Shown here in pieces: positions 20,778 to 29,999 of a stretch of 64,000 nucleotides of DNA; the stretch's first letter is position 1; each line of letters opens with the position of its first letter. Location of the stretch: positions 26,875 through 90,874 of the forward strand of contig NDHX01000005.1 in NCBI GenBank assembly GCA_013626165.1, read 5' to 3'. The DNA comes from Candidatus Velesiimonas alkalicola (lineage in GTDB: Bacteria > Omnitrophota > Gorgyraeia > Velesiimonadales > Velesiimonadaceae). Under the pieces are notes generated by a model that made no database searches, was not told the DNA's origin, and was given only the letters and a program-made list of their open reading frames with translations. The position numbers were made by a program, and so were the translations under genes.

Positions 20778-22853
20778 ATGAATATTCAGTCAAGCATTCA
20801 ATATGTTAAGGGTGTTGGCCCTCATAAAGTTGAATTATTCCAACAGGTAGGAATACAGACGGTAGAGGATATTTTTTATTATTTTCCTTTAAGATATGAG
20901 GACAGGAGTCATTTGAAAAAAATAAAGGATATTTGTCCTGATTCTTATGAAACCGTTCAGGGGGAGGTTTTTGAGTGCGGTTTTTTTGTAACTCCTCGCA
21001 GGCGGATGTCCGTATTCAAAGTGGTTCTTACAGACGGGACAGGTTTTATCACTGCTATCTGGTTTAATCAGCCATATGTAAGGCAGGTTTTTAAAAAAAG
21101 ACAAAATGTTATACTTTATGGCAGAGTAGAGTTCCCTATCACCCTCAGGCACGGTACACTACAGATGAATAACCCCGAGTATGAGTTTCTTACCAATACT
21201 TCTGAAGATACCATGCATATGGGACGGATAGTTCCGATATATTCAACAAAGAAATATCTTTCACAAAGACTGTTTCGTTCTGTTGTTAAAAAAGTATTGG
21301 ATGCCTCTTTAAAAGATATTGCTGATTTTCTTCCAAAGTCTATAATCTCATATAATCGCCTTGCAGAGATAAAATCAGCAATCCAAAATATACACTTTCC
21401 TGAAGATTTTAAGATGCTTGCTGATGCACGAAAGAGGCTTGTATTTGATGAGTTTTTTATTTTACAGATGGGATTGGGGATAAGAAAAAACAAATATAGT
21501 TCAATTGTAAAAGGTATCTTTCATAAAACCGATGGGGCAGTATTAAAAAAAGTTCTTTCAAGTTTGCCTTTTAATCTTACAGATGCGCAAGAAAAGGTTT
21601 TTAAGGAAATAAAGCAGGACCTGTCATCGCCAAAACCAATGCACAGGCTTTTGCAGGGTGATGTCGGAAGCGGAAAAACAGTAATAGCAATACTTGCTTT
21701 GTGTGCCGCAGCTGACGGAGGGTACCAGTCTGCGATTATGGTGCCTACCGAAATACTTGCACAACAACATTATAACAGACTAAAACCCATCTTTGAAGGT
21801 GCAGGTATCCATCCCGCTCTTTTGATAAGTGGAATGACTGAAAAAGCAAAACAGGCTATCAGGGATAAGATAAACAGCGGAGAGATAAACATTATTATCG
21901 GCACACATTCACTTATACAGGATAAAACAATATTTAAAAGACTCGGACTTGTTATAATTGATGAACAGCATAAGTTTGGGGTTGCACAGAGGAAGATTCT
22001 TGCAACAAAGGGAAATTTTCCGGACATTCTTATTATGACTGCAACACCGATACCACGAACACTTGCACTTACACTTTATGGAGATCTTGATATATCCATC
22101 CTAGATGAACTTCCGCCCGGAAGACATCCTGTAAAAACATACTGGACTGATGATAAAAAAAGGGATGCAATGTATGGGTTTTTAAAAGAGAAGATGTTAT
22201 CAGGAGAAAGGGTATATGTTGTATATCCGCTTATTGAAAAATCCGAAAAAATGTCTTTAAGGGCTGCTGAAAATATGTATAAAGAATTTTTAAGTATTTT
22301 TAAAGATTTTAAGGTCGGGCTTGTTCATGGGAAAATGTCTTCTATTGAAAAGGCATCTGTTATGAAAAAGTTTGAAGATGGGCATATTAAGATGCTTGTT
22401 TCTACAACTGTTCTTGAGGTGGGCATTGATGTGCCTCAAGCCTCTGTTATGATAGTAGAACATGCAGATAGATTCGGACTTTCACAACTTCATCAGTTAA
22501 GGGGGCGCGTGGGAAGGGGAAGCGTTGAATCTTACTGTATATTGCTTTCTGATGCGAAATCTGAAAATGCCCGAAAAAGGCTTCAGTCAATGGTAGAGAC
22601 AAACAATGGCTTTCAGATTGCAGAAAAAGACCTTTCAATAAGAGGTCCGGGTGAATTCTTTGGGAGCCGCCAGCATGGATTTTTTGAACTTAAGATAGGC
22701 AATCTTGTCAGTGACATAAAAATACTTGAACAGTCAAGAAATGCTGTATCATATGTTATTAAAAAAGATCCAAACCTTGTTTCAACAGAATTTTCAAAGA
22801 TAAAAGATGTAATGCTAAGAAAATTTTCCGGTGGGATGGATTTTATAGGATAA
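20778..22853 (+). CDS. recG: ATP-dependent DNA helicase RecG
   Basis: LQGDVGSGKT, DEQH, TATPIPRT, QLRGRVGR, RGPGE. Confidence 0.97.
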   Translation: MNIQSSIQYVKGVGPHKVELFQQVGIQTVEDIFYYFPLRYEDRSHLKKIKDICPDSYETVQGEVFECGFFVTPRRRMSVFKVVLTDGTGFITAIWFNQPYVRQVFKKRQNVILYGRVEFPITLRHGTLQMNNPEYEFLTNTSEDTMHMGRIVPIYSTKKYLSQRLFRSVVKKVLDASLKDIADFLPKSIISYNRLAEIKSAIQNIHFPEDFKMLADARKRLVFDEFFILQMGLGIRKNKYSSIVKGIFHKTDGAVLKKVLSSLPFNLTDAQEKVFKEIKQDLSSPKPMHRLLQGDVGSGKTVIAILALCAAADGGYQSAIMVPTEILAQQHYNRLKPIFEGAGIHPALLISGMTEKAKQAIRDKINSGEINIIIGTHSLIQDKTIFKRLGLVIIDEQHKFGVAQRKILATKGNFPDILIMTATPIPRTLALTLYGDLDISILDELPPGRHPVKTYWTDDKKRDAMYGFLKEKMLSGERVYVVYPLIEKSEKMSLRAAENMYKEFLSIFKDFKVGLVHGKMSSIEKASVMKKFEDGHIKMLVSTTVLEVGIDVPQASVMIVEHADRFGLSQLHQLRGRVGRGSVESYCILLSDAKSENARKRLQSMVETNNGFQIAEKDLSIRGPGEFFGSRQHGFFELKIGNLVSDIKILEQSRNAVSYVIKKDPNLVSTEFSKIKDVMLRKFSGGMDFIG

Positions 22854-23363
22854 ATGAAAAGAATTAAAAGAAAAGACATGGGACTGAGGCCCACATCTTC
22901 AATGGTAAAAATGGCGATATTTAACAGCATTGCAAATGTGCAGGGCAGGACGCTTCTTGACCTTTGTTGCGGAACAGGCGGTCTTGGGATAGAGGCACTT
23001 TTAAGAGGTGCAAGAAAGGTTGTGTTTGTAGATATAGAAAGAAACAGGATTTTAAGATTAAAAAAGCATCTTTCAGACATTGGTCTTATTGAATATTCGG
23101 TGCTGGTTAATAAAGATGTTGTGTCTTATATAAAGAAAAGTACCGAGTGTTTTGATTTTATTATTGCTGATCCTCCGTATCAGACAGATCTTGCAGTAAG
23201 AATACTAAAACAGGTATCAACAACAGATATATTAAAAACAAGCGGGACATTGATTATTGAACATTATAAAAGGTTAAAACTTCCTGAAAATGAAGGAAAA
23301 ATTTTCCTTATTAAATTAAAAACATATGGGGACACCTTGGTATCTTATTATGGGATAATATGA
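22854..23363 (+). CDS. rsmD: 16S rRNA m2G966 methyltransferase
   Basis: RPT, DLCCGTGGLGIEAL.RGA, DPPY. Confidence 0.88.
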   Translation: MKRIKRKDMGLRPTSSMVKMAIFNSIANVQGRTLLDLCCGTGGLGIEALLRGARKVVFVDIERNRILRLKKHLSDIGLIEYSVLVNKDVVSYIKKSTECFDFIIADPPYQTDLAVRILKQVSTTDILKTSGTLIIEHYKRLKLPENEGKIFLIKLKTYGDTLVSYYGII

Positions 23364-23599
23364 TTTCTAAAACATTTCAATTAGAAATGTAAAAATTCCT
23401 GTCTGCTCCTAATACAAATCTGGGTAGTCGCCAGCGTGCGCAACGGGCAGAATGTTTTTTCTCATTCCTGATGAGGACTAAATTTTTAGGTTTTACTTTT
23501 AGAAAAAAATTATGCATACTATGTAGAAAGATACCATGCATTTTTAAAAGAACATGCTATACAGAGTGGCTGAAAATATAGGTGACCGGTAACATATTT

Positions 23600-23655
23600 A
23601 GTCCATAGTCAATAGTCCATAATCTACGGACAATGGACTGTGGACCCTGGAGACT
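23600..23655. repeat. Heptamer tandem repeat in palindromic arrangement
   Basis: AGTCCAT-type units followed by inverse GGAC-containing units. Confidence 0.6.
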
Positions 23656-23666
23656 GTTGGAGAAGA

Positions 23667-25730
23667 ATGGATATTGAAAAAGAATTCGGTAAGGACTTAA
23701 AAGGAAAAGAAAAACAGGCACTTGCGGTAAATACCATAAGGTGTCTTGCTATGGATGCTGTTCAAAAAGCAGGGTCAGGGCATCCCGGTATGCCTATGGG
23801 AACTGCTGATTTTGCATATATACTATGGACAAGATTTTTAAGGCATAGCCCCTTAAATCCAAACTGGGAAGACAGAGACCGCTTTGTTCTATCTGCTGGT
23901 CATGGTTCTATGCTTCTTTATTCACTTCTTTATCTTTTCGGATATTCTCTTACAATTGAAGACCTGAAGAACTTCCGTCAATGGGAGAGTAAAACCCCCG
24001 GTCATCCTGAATATGGTCTTACGCAAGGCGTTGAAACCACGACAGGCCCTTTAGGACAGGGTTTTGCAAATGGTGTCGGAATGGCAATTGCTGAAAAAAT
24101 TCTTGCCTCAAAATTCAACACCCCTGATTTTAAAATAATTGACCACCACACATATGGCATCGTAAGCGACGGAGATTTAATGGAGGGTGTATCCTGCGAG
24201 GCGGCGTCTTTAGCAGGGCATCTTGGGCTTGGAAAAATTATATATTTTTATGATGACAACAAGATTACAATAGAAGGCTCAACCGAACTTGCCTTTACCG
24301 AAGATGTTGCAAAAAGATTTAAAAGTTATAACTGGAATGTGATTATTATAGACGGGCATAACCATAACCAGATAAGAAGGGCAATTAAAAAAGCGAGGTC
24401 TCGCACTCAAAGGGTACCCGAGAAGCCTACACTTATTATCGGAAGAACAATAATAGGAAAAGGAAGCCCTAAAAAACAAGGAACCTCCGCATCACACGGC
24501 GAACCATTAGGCACAGAAGAGGTCGCAGCAACAAAACAGTTTCTTGCCTGTCCCTCTGAACCGTTTATAGTGCCCAATATTGTCCAGAAAGTTTTTGCAA
24601 GATTTAAAAAAAAGGCACTGCAAGAAGAAAAACTCTGGAATGAGAAATTCCAAAAATATAGACACTCTTATCCTGACATTGCAAAAGAATGGGACATCTG
24701 GTTCGGTGGACAGATTCCCGATCTTTCATCCATCCTTCCAAGGTTTGATACATCAAAAGCCATTGCAACAAGAAATGCAAGCGGCGAGGTTTTATCAAAG
24801 GTTATGCCTTATATAAAAAATCTTGTAGGGGGCTCTGCTGACCTTGCGCCTTCTACAAAAACATATATAAAAGAGGTGGGTTGTTTCAAGAAGGATAATC
24901 CTTCGGGTAGAAATTTCCATTTTGGTGTCCGAGAACATGCAATGGGTTCAATACTTAATGGTATATCTGTTCACAGAGGGCTCATACCTTTTGGTTCTAC
25001 ATTTTTTGTATTCTCCGACTACATGAGGCCTCCTATTAGACTTGCAGCAATTATGGGTATCAAGATAATATATGTATTTACACATGACTCCATATTTGTA
25101 GGCGAAGATGGTCCTACACATCAACCGATAGAACAATATGCGGCACTGAGGACAATTCCCGGACTTACAGTAATAAGACCTGCTGATGCAAACGAGACTG
25201 CTGTTGCATGGGATGTGTCTTTAAGGAGAAAAGGTCCTGTTGCACTTCTTCTTACAAGACAAAACCTTCCGGTGTATGATAGAACAAAATATCCTTCTGC
25301 AGAAAACCTCAAGAAAGGCGCCTATATAATGGTTGACCCCGTCAGAAATAAAGAATTTCTAAGCGGGGTTGACTGTGAAGGCCCGAAAGTGATTATTATC
25401 GCAACAGGCTCTGAGGTTGAGATTGCATTAAAAGCAACAGAAACACTTAATGCACAGGGCAAAAGTGTAAGGCTTGTGAATATGCCCTGCTGGGAACTTT
25501 TTGAAGAGCAGAGCAAAGAATATAAAGAACAGGTTTTGCCTTCTTCTATTAAATCAAGGATTATAGTTGAAGCGGCAACACCATTCGGCTGGGAAAGATA
25601 TGCAGGAGAAAAAGGAAAGATAATAGGAATAAAAGGCTTCGGGAAAAGTGCGCCACACCAAATCCTGGCAGAAAAATTCGGGTTCACATCTTTAAATATT
25701 ATAAATCAGGCACTGGAGATGATAGAATGA
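23667..25730 (+). CDS. tkt: Transketolase
   Basis: SGHPG, LSAGHGS, GDLMEG, GEDGPTHQP. Confidence 0.97.
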   Translation: MDIEKEFGKDLKGKEKQALAVNTIRCLAMDAVQKAGSGHPGMPMGTADFAYILWTRFLRHSPLNPNWEDRDRFVLSAGHGSMLLYSLLYLFGYSLTIEDLKNFRQWESKTPGHPEYGLTQGVETTTGPLGQGFANGVGMAIAEKILASKFNTPDFKIIDHHTYGIVSDGDLMEGVSCEAASLAGHLGLGKIIYFYDDNKITIEGSTELAFTEDVAKRFKSYNWNVIIIDGHNHNQIRRAIKKARSRTQRVPEKPTLIIGRTIIGKGSPKKQGTSASHGEPLGTEEVAATKQFLACPSEPFIVPNIVQKVFARFKKKALQEEKLWNEKFQKYRHSYPDIAKEWDIWFGGQIPDLSSILPRFDTSKAIATRNASGEVLSKVMPYIKNLVGGSADLAPSTKTYIKEVGCFKKDNPSGRNFHFGVREHAMGSILNGISVHRGLIPFGSTFFVFSDYMRPPIRLAAIMGIKIIYVFTHDSIFVGEDGPTHQPIEQYAALRTIPGLTVIRPADANETAVAWDVSLRRKGPVALLLTRQNLPVYDRTKYPSAENLKKGAYIMVDPVRNKEFLSGVDCEGPKVIIIATGSEVEIALKATETLNAQGKSVRLVNMPCWELFEEQSKEYKEQVLPSSIKSRIIVEAATPFGWERYAGEKGKIIGIKGFGKSAPHQILAEKFGFTSLNIINQALEMIE
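25336..25373. repeat. Palindromic element inserted in frame in tkt
   Basis: ACCCCGTCAGAAAT...ATTTCTAAGCGGGGT; GTTGAC repeated 36 bp apart. Confidence 0.7.
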
Positions 25731-26122
25731 TAAAAAGAAATTTTAACTCCAATGCACCAAAGCCCATAGGACCATACTCACAGGCAGTAGAGTCCGGGGG
25801 ATTTGTATTTGTTTCAGGGCAGATCCCAGTAGACCCAAAAACAGGAGATATTATTGGTAAGGATATAGAAGAACAGGCAGAACAGGTTTTTCAGAATATC
25901 CATTCAATACTAAAAGAAGTCGGTTTAGGTTTAGGAAATGTTGTTAAAACCACGATATACTTAAAAACCCTTTCCTTTTTTCCGACCGTAAATACTATCT
26001 ATCAAAAATATTTCAAGCCTCCTTATCCGGCAAGAAGTTGCATTGAAGTTTCAAACATACCTAGGGGTGCTCTTCTTGAAATTGATGTTATAGCATCGCA
26101 AGAGGGGGTTACGAAAGAATGA
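25727..26122 (+). CDS. ridA: RidA family enamine/imine deaminase
   Basis: PIGPYSQAV, SGQIP, PARSCIEV. Confidence 0.93.
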   Translation: MIKRNFNSNAPKPIGPYSQAVESGGFVFVSGQIPVDPKTGDIIGKDIEEQAEQVFQNIHSILKEVGLGLGNVVKTTIYLKTLSFFPTVNTIYQKYFKPPYPARSCIEVSNIPRGALLEIDVIASQEGVTKE

Positions 26123-26168
26123 GCACCAGGGCACCAGTGCACCAGGGCACCAGGGCACCAGGGCACCA
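26121..26168 (-). repeat. Six tandem octamers (GNGCACCA on +)
   Basis: gagcacca gggcacca gtgcacca gggcacca gggcacca gggcacca. Confidence 0.9.
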
Positions 26169-26208
26169 GTTTATACCATGTCTTTTTCTATTTCTCCAAA
26201 AAAAGTAC

Positions 26209-27587
26209 TGTTATAAAATAGTGATATGTCCTATTTCTTAACAAATGAAATGTCCGCTTTCAAAGCGGGGAATGATAATATGTTTGGCCTAATCAAGGAG
26301 GTTAGGTATGCAGACATATTATCCAAAACCCGCACTGGAGCGGGCAATGAAGGTTCAGGAGGTCATATTACGGGCTATAAGCGGACAGATTCACTGGATT
26401 CAAGCGGCAGAGATATTAGGCATATCAGACCGGCAGATGCGCCGGTGGAAATGGCGCTACGAAAAACACGGTTATGACGGCCTATATGACAGGCGCAGGA
26501 AGATACCAAGCCCCAAAAGAGTGCCTTTAGAGACCGTGGAAAAGGTCCTGCGTTTATACAGGGAAAAATACTTCGATTTTAATATGTCCCATTTTTACGA
26601 TAAGTTACGAAAAGAGCACAATATAAAATTAAGTTATAACTGGATAAGGCTTGCCTTACAAGGCGCCGGACTCGTTGAAAGACGCCAAAGACGCTCTCCC
26701 CACAGAAAACGCCGAGCAAGGAAGCCCCTAATAGGCATGATGCTCCACATGGACGGTTCTCCTCATGACTGGTTCGGTAACGGCTTAGAATATGATATCG
26801 TCACTATATCGGATGACGCAAATAATGAGCTCTACGGCATAGAACTGGCAGACGAGGAGGATTCTCTTACCTGCATGTCTCTTATCAGGAACCTCATCGA
26901 GAAGAAAGGCATATTCTGCTCGTTATACACAGACAGGGCAAGCCACTTCTTCCTTACTAAAAAGGCAGGAGAAGACGTCTCCAAAGACAACCTTACCCAA
27001 ATAGGAAGGGCCTTGCAGGAATTAGGCGCCCAGCATATCCCTTCTTATTCGCCGCAGGCAAGAGGCAGATCAGAAAGACTTAACGAGACCCTACAAGGCA
27101 GAATTCCTCAAGAACTAAGGCTAAGAGGCATAAAAACAAAGGAAGCCGCCAATAGATACCTAAAGACAGAATATCTCAAAGAACACAACAGAAGATTCGC
27201 AATAAAGCCAGAAGGCGAAGGCAGCGCCTTTATCCCGGTACCTAAGACAACGGATTTAGACAAGATTTTTTGCTTCAAACACGAAAGGACCGTCAACAAC
27301 GATAACACCATATCGTTTAACAACCGGATACTCCAAATAGGCCCATCAGAACTTAGGGTATCGTTCGCCAAATGCAGAGTTACTGTCTATGAACATATAG
27401 ATGGCTCTGTGACTATAGGATACGGCCCTCATACGCTTGGTTATTATCCGCCCAAAGGCTTATCCACATATCCATACAATTCACAAAAAGAAAAGGTAGC
27501 CAAAAGAAAAAGGACTACTACTAACATTAACCAAAAGCGGACACATCACTTGTTAGAAAAAGCGGACATCTTGACTATTTAATTACA
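26209..27587 (+). mobile_element. Complete IS, IS1202 family (ISNCY-type), with 16-bp target site duplication
   Basis: TGT...ACA ends with imperfect IRs containing repeated TGTCC; TCTCCAAAAAAAGTAC at 26193-26208 and 27588-27603. Confidence 0.9.
26308..27582 (+). CDS. ISNCY/IS1202 DDE transposase
   Basis: HTH, DGSPHDW, YTDRAS, SPQARGRSER. Confidence 0.93.
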   Translation: MQTYYPKPALERAMKVQEVILRAISGQIHWIQAAEILGISDRQMRRWKWRYEKHGYDGLYDRRRKIPSPKRVPLETVEKVLRLYREKYFDFNMSHFYDKLRKEHNIKLSYNWIRLALQGAGLVERRQRRSPHRKRRARKPLIGMMLHMDGSPHDWFGNGLEYDIVTISDDANNELYGIELADEEDSLTCMSLIRNLIEKKGIFCSLYTDRASHFFLTKKAGEDVSKDNLTQIGRALQELGAQHIPSYSPQARGRSERLNETLQGRIPQELRLRGIKTKEAANRYLKTEYLKEHNRRFAIKPEGEGSAFIPVPKTTDLDKIFCFKHERTVNNDNTISFNNRILQIGPSELRVSFAKCRVTVYEHIDGSVTIGYGPHTLGYYPPKGLSTYPYNSQKEKVAKRKRTTTNINQKRTHHLLEKADILTI

Positions 27588-27603
27588 TCTCCAAAAAAAG
27601 TAC

Positions 27604-27632
27604 TTGACAAGATTTAATTTATGTGGTACATT
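27604..27632 (+). promoter_or_regulatory. sigma70 promoter of the ATP-grasp/KamA operon
   Basis: TTGACA-17 nt-TACATT with TG, directly after the right TSD. Confidence 0.7.
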
Positions 27633-27734
27633 TGAAATTCAGAAGAGACACAATAGGTAGTAGTTATCATTTTAATAAACATAATGGGATGGAGGGAGAA
27701 ACCCAGAACAGTGGAACCAAACTGATTTTAAGAT

Positions 27735-27929
27735 TTCCTCTTGGGATACAGTATTTGAAAATTAAAATGTAGAATCCATTATCAGATTTTGAAGGATGAA
27801 TAATGGAGGATGTTTTCCCGCTGCAAATGGGTTGTTCTTGCCTTCGCACTGTTTTAAGCTATTTAACTATATTCAGGGTTTTTGTATTCTAAGAGGAATG
27901 GAAAAGGGGCTTTTATAAGGTCCCTTTTT
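27735..27929 (+). promoter_or_regulatory. Structured leader ending in a terminator-like hairpin
   Basis: 17-bp stem 27735-27751/27882-27898 (3 GU); hairpin AAAAGGGGC...GTCCCTTTTT at 27902-27929. Confidence 0.55.
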
Positions 27930-27951
27930 GTGTTTTTAAGGAGAAAGCAGT

Positions 27952-28947
27952 ATGTCTATAAGGATTGGTTTAACTTACGATTTAAGGTCAGACTATATCT
28001 TAAAAAAGGAAGATCCTGAAGATCTAAATGCAGAGTTTGATCATGGACAGACGATAAATGCATTAAGCAAGGTTTTTACATCCGCTGGTTATAAGGTTGT
28101 AAGAATTGGAAATGTGAAAAACCTTCTTTCATCCATTGATAACCTTGGGGTGGACATTGTGTTTAATATAGCAGAAGGCTTGTGTGGAAGAAACAGGGAA
28201 TCGCAGGTGCCCATCCTGCTTGAAATGAGGGGCATTCCTTTTGTTGGTTCTGATGCCCTTACTCTGGGACTTACACTTGATAAGATGTTTGCAAAGAAGA
28301 TATTTATTGCCAATGATATCCCAACGCCTAAGTTTATCTCTGTTAAAAATCCCTGTAAGTTGGACGGCATAGACTTGAAATTTCCTATTATTGTAAAACC
28401 GAGATTTGAGGGGTCAAGTAAAGGGATAAACGATAATTCCATCTTTATAGATAGACAGGGTTTGGTAAAGCAATGTCAGTGGCTTATAGATACATATAAA
28501 CAGCCTGCTCTTGCAGAGGAGTTTATTGAAGGAAAAGAATTCACTGTTGTAATAATAGGAAACGATGATGCATGGGCTCTACCTGTTGTTCAGATTAAAA
28601 TAGACGGAGAACTTGAACTTGGGAACAGGTGTTATACATTTTCAAGAATACACTCAACCACGCTTGATTATGTTTGTCCTGCTCAAATATCATCTGAGAT
28701 GGAAGAGGACATCAAGAAGGTTGCCCTTGCTGCTTATCATTCTGTAGAGTGCAGAGACTTTGGAAGGGTTGATATCAGGCTTGATAAGGATAACCGTTTG
28801 TATGTGCTTGAGATTAATCCTCTTCCGAGTTTGTCTTCGCAGGATGTTTTTCCTGTTGTTGCAAAAGCAGCAGGATGTAGTTACGAGGATTTGATTATGA
28901 AGATATTGGATGAGGCATTGGAAAGATACAATATAAGGAGAATATGA
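27952..28947 (+). CDS. Ddl-like ATP-grasp ligase 1
   Basis: FNIAEG, KPRFEGSSKGI, EEFIEG, LEINPLP; lacks the GGxSxE of true Ddl. Confidence 0.85.
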   Translation: MSIRIGLTYDLRSDYILKKEDPEDLNAEFDHGQTINALSKVFTSAGYKVVRIGNVKNLLSSIDNLGVDIVFNIAEGLCGRNRESQVPILLEMRGIPFVGSDALTLGLTLDKMFAKKIFIANDIPTPKFISVKNPCKLDGIDLKFPIIVKPRFEGSSKGINDNSIFIDRQGLVKQCQWLIDTYKQPALAEEFIEGKEFTVVIIGNDDAWALPVVQIKIDGELELGNRCYTFSRIHSTTLDYVCPAQISSEMEEDIKKVALAAYHSVECRDFGRVDIRLDKDNRLYVLEINPLPSLSSQDVFPVVAKAAGCSYEDLIMKILDEALERYNIRRI

Positions 28948-29999
28948 AAAGAAAAGTTGCGCTAGTATGCAATATAAAACACTATGATTCTACAAAACCA
29001 AAGGATTATGAATCGGAATTTGATTCTATAAAAACGGTTAATTCAATAGCAGAGGCACTAAAAGACGGAGGGAACAGGGTTGATGTTATGGAGGCAAACG
29101 GTGTTCTTCTTCCCCATCTTTTAAAGAAAAAGCCGGACATAGTTTTTAATATTTCAGAGGGGGTTGGCGGCTCCAGCAGAGAGGCGCAGGTTCCCTCTAT
29201 ACTTGAATTTCTCGGTATTCCATATACCGGCTCAGGTGTCCTTGCACTTGCGCTTGCACTTGATAAGGCTAAGTCAAAGAAAATATTTATCACAGAGGGA
29301 ATTCCAACCCCAAAATTTCAGGTTTTTACTCTCGCGGATGAAGCCCTTGATACTGGACTAAAATTTCCTTTAATAGTAAAACCCAATTGTGAAGGTTCGG
29401 CAAAGGGTATATCTGCAAAAAGTGTTGTTTGTAATGAAAAAGAGTTGCCTAACCGGGTAAGAGAAGTAATAGAAACATATAAACAGCCTGCCCTTGTTGA
29501 AGAGTTCATAGAGGGGGAAGAATTTACTGTTGGAGTTCTTGGAAACGGCCAGCCTTATGTGTTTCCGCCTATGTTGATAGATTTTTCAAAATGCAAGGCC
29601 GGCGGAGAATCATTTTATTCATGGAGGGTAAAGGAATACCAGGGTGATGAAAAACAATACCTCGTTCCCGAATTTGAATGCCCTGCAAGTATAACAAAAC
29701 AAGAGGAAAGAAAATTAAAAGAAGTGGCGCTAAAATCTCACCAGGCAATAGGATGTGTGGATATATCAAGGACAGATATTCGTTTAAGCAAGAATGGTGT
29801 TCCATATGTTCTTGAAATAAATCCGTTACCGGGGCTTGACCCTGATGAAAGTAATTTTACAAAGATAACAAATTCCTGCGGCATAAAATATAAGGATCTG
29901 ATAAATACAATATTGGAGCTTGCTTGTAAAAGGTATAACCTGACGGGCTCTGATAAGAAGGAGGAGGAGAAAATTGTACACAGACTACAGGCGGTGTGA
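28944..29999 (+). CDS. Ddl-like ATP-grasp ligase 2
   Basis: FNISEG, KPNCEGSAKGI, LEINPLPG. Confidence 0.85.
   Translation: MKRKVALVCNIKHYDSTKPKDYESEFDSIKTVNSIAEALKDGGNRVDVMEANGVLLPHLLKKKPDIVFNISEGVGGSSREAQVPSILEFLGIPYTGSGVLALALALDKAKSKKIFITEGIPTPKFQVFTLADEALDTGLKFPLIVKPNCEGSAKGISAKSVVCNEKELPNRVREVIETYKQPALVEEFIEGEEFTVGVLGNGQPYVFPPMLIDFSKCKAGGESFYSWRVKEYQGDEKQYLVPEFECPASITKQEERKLKEVALKSHQAIGCVDISRTDIRLSKNGVPYVLEINPLPGLDPDESNFTKITNSCGIKYKDLINTILELACKRYNLTGSDKKEEEKIVHRLQAV

Noticed and set aside
27735-27898. 6S RNA or T-box/lysine riboswitch
   Set aside because: No recognisable consensus motifs; stem starts about 100 nt after the predicted TSS
27952-29999. Calling the ATP-grasp genes ddl
   Set aside because: Missing GGxSxE motif and no mur/dcw context
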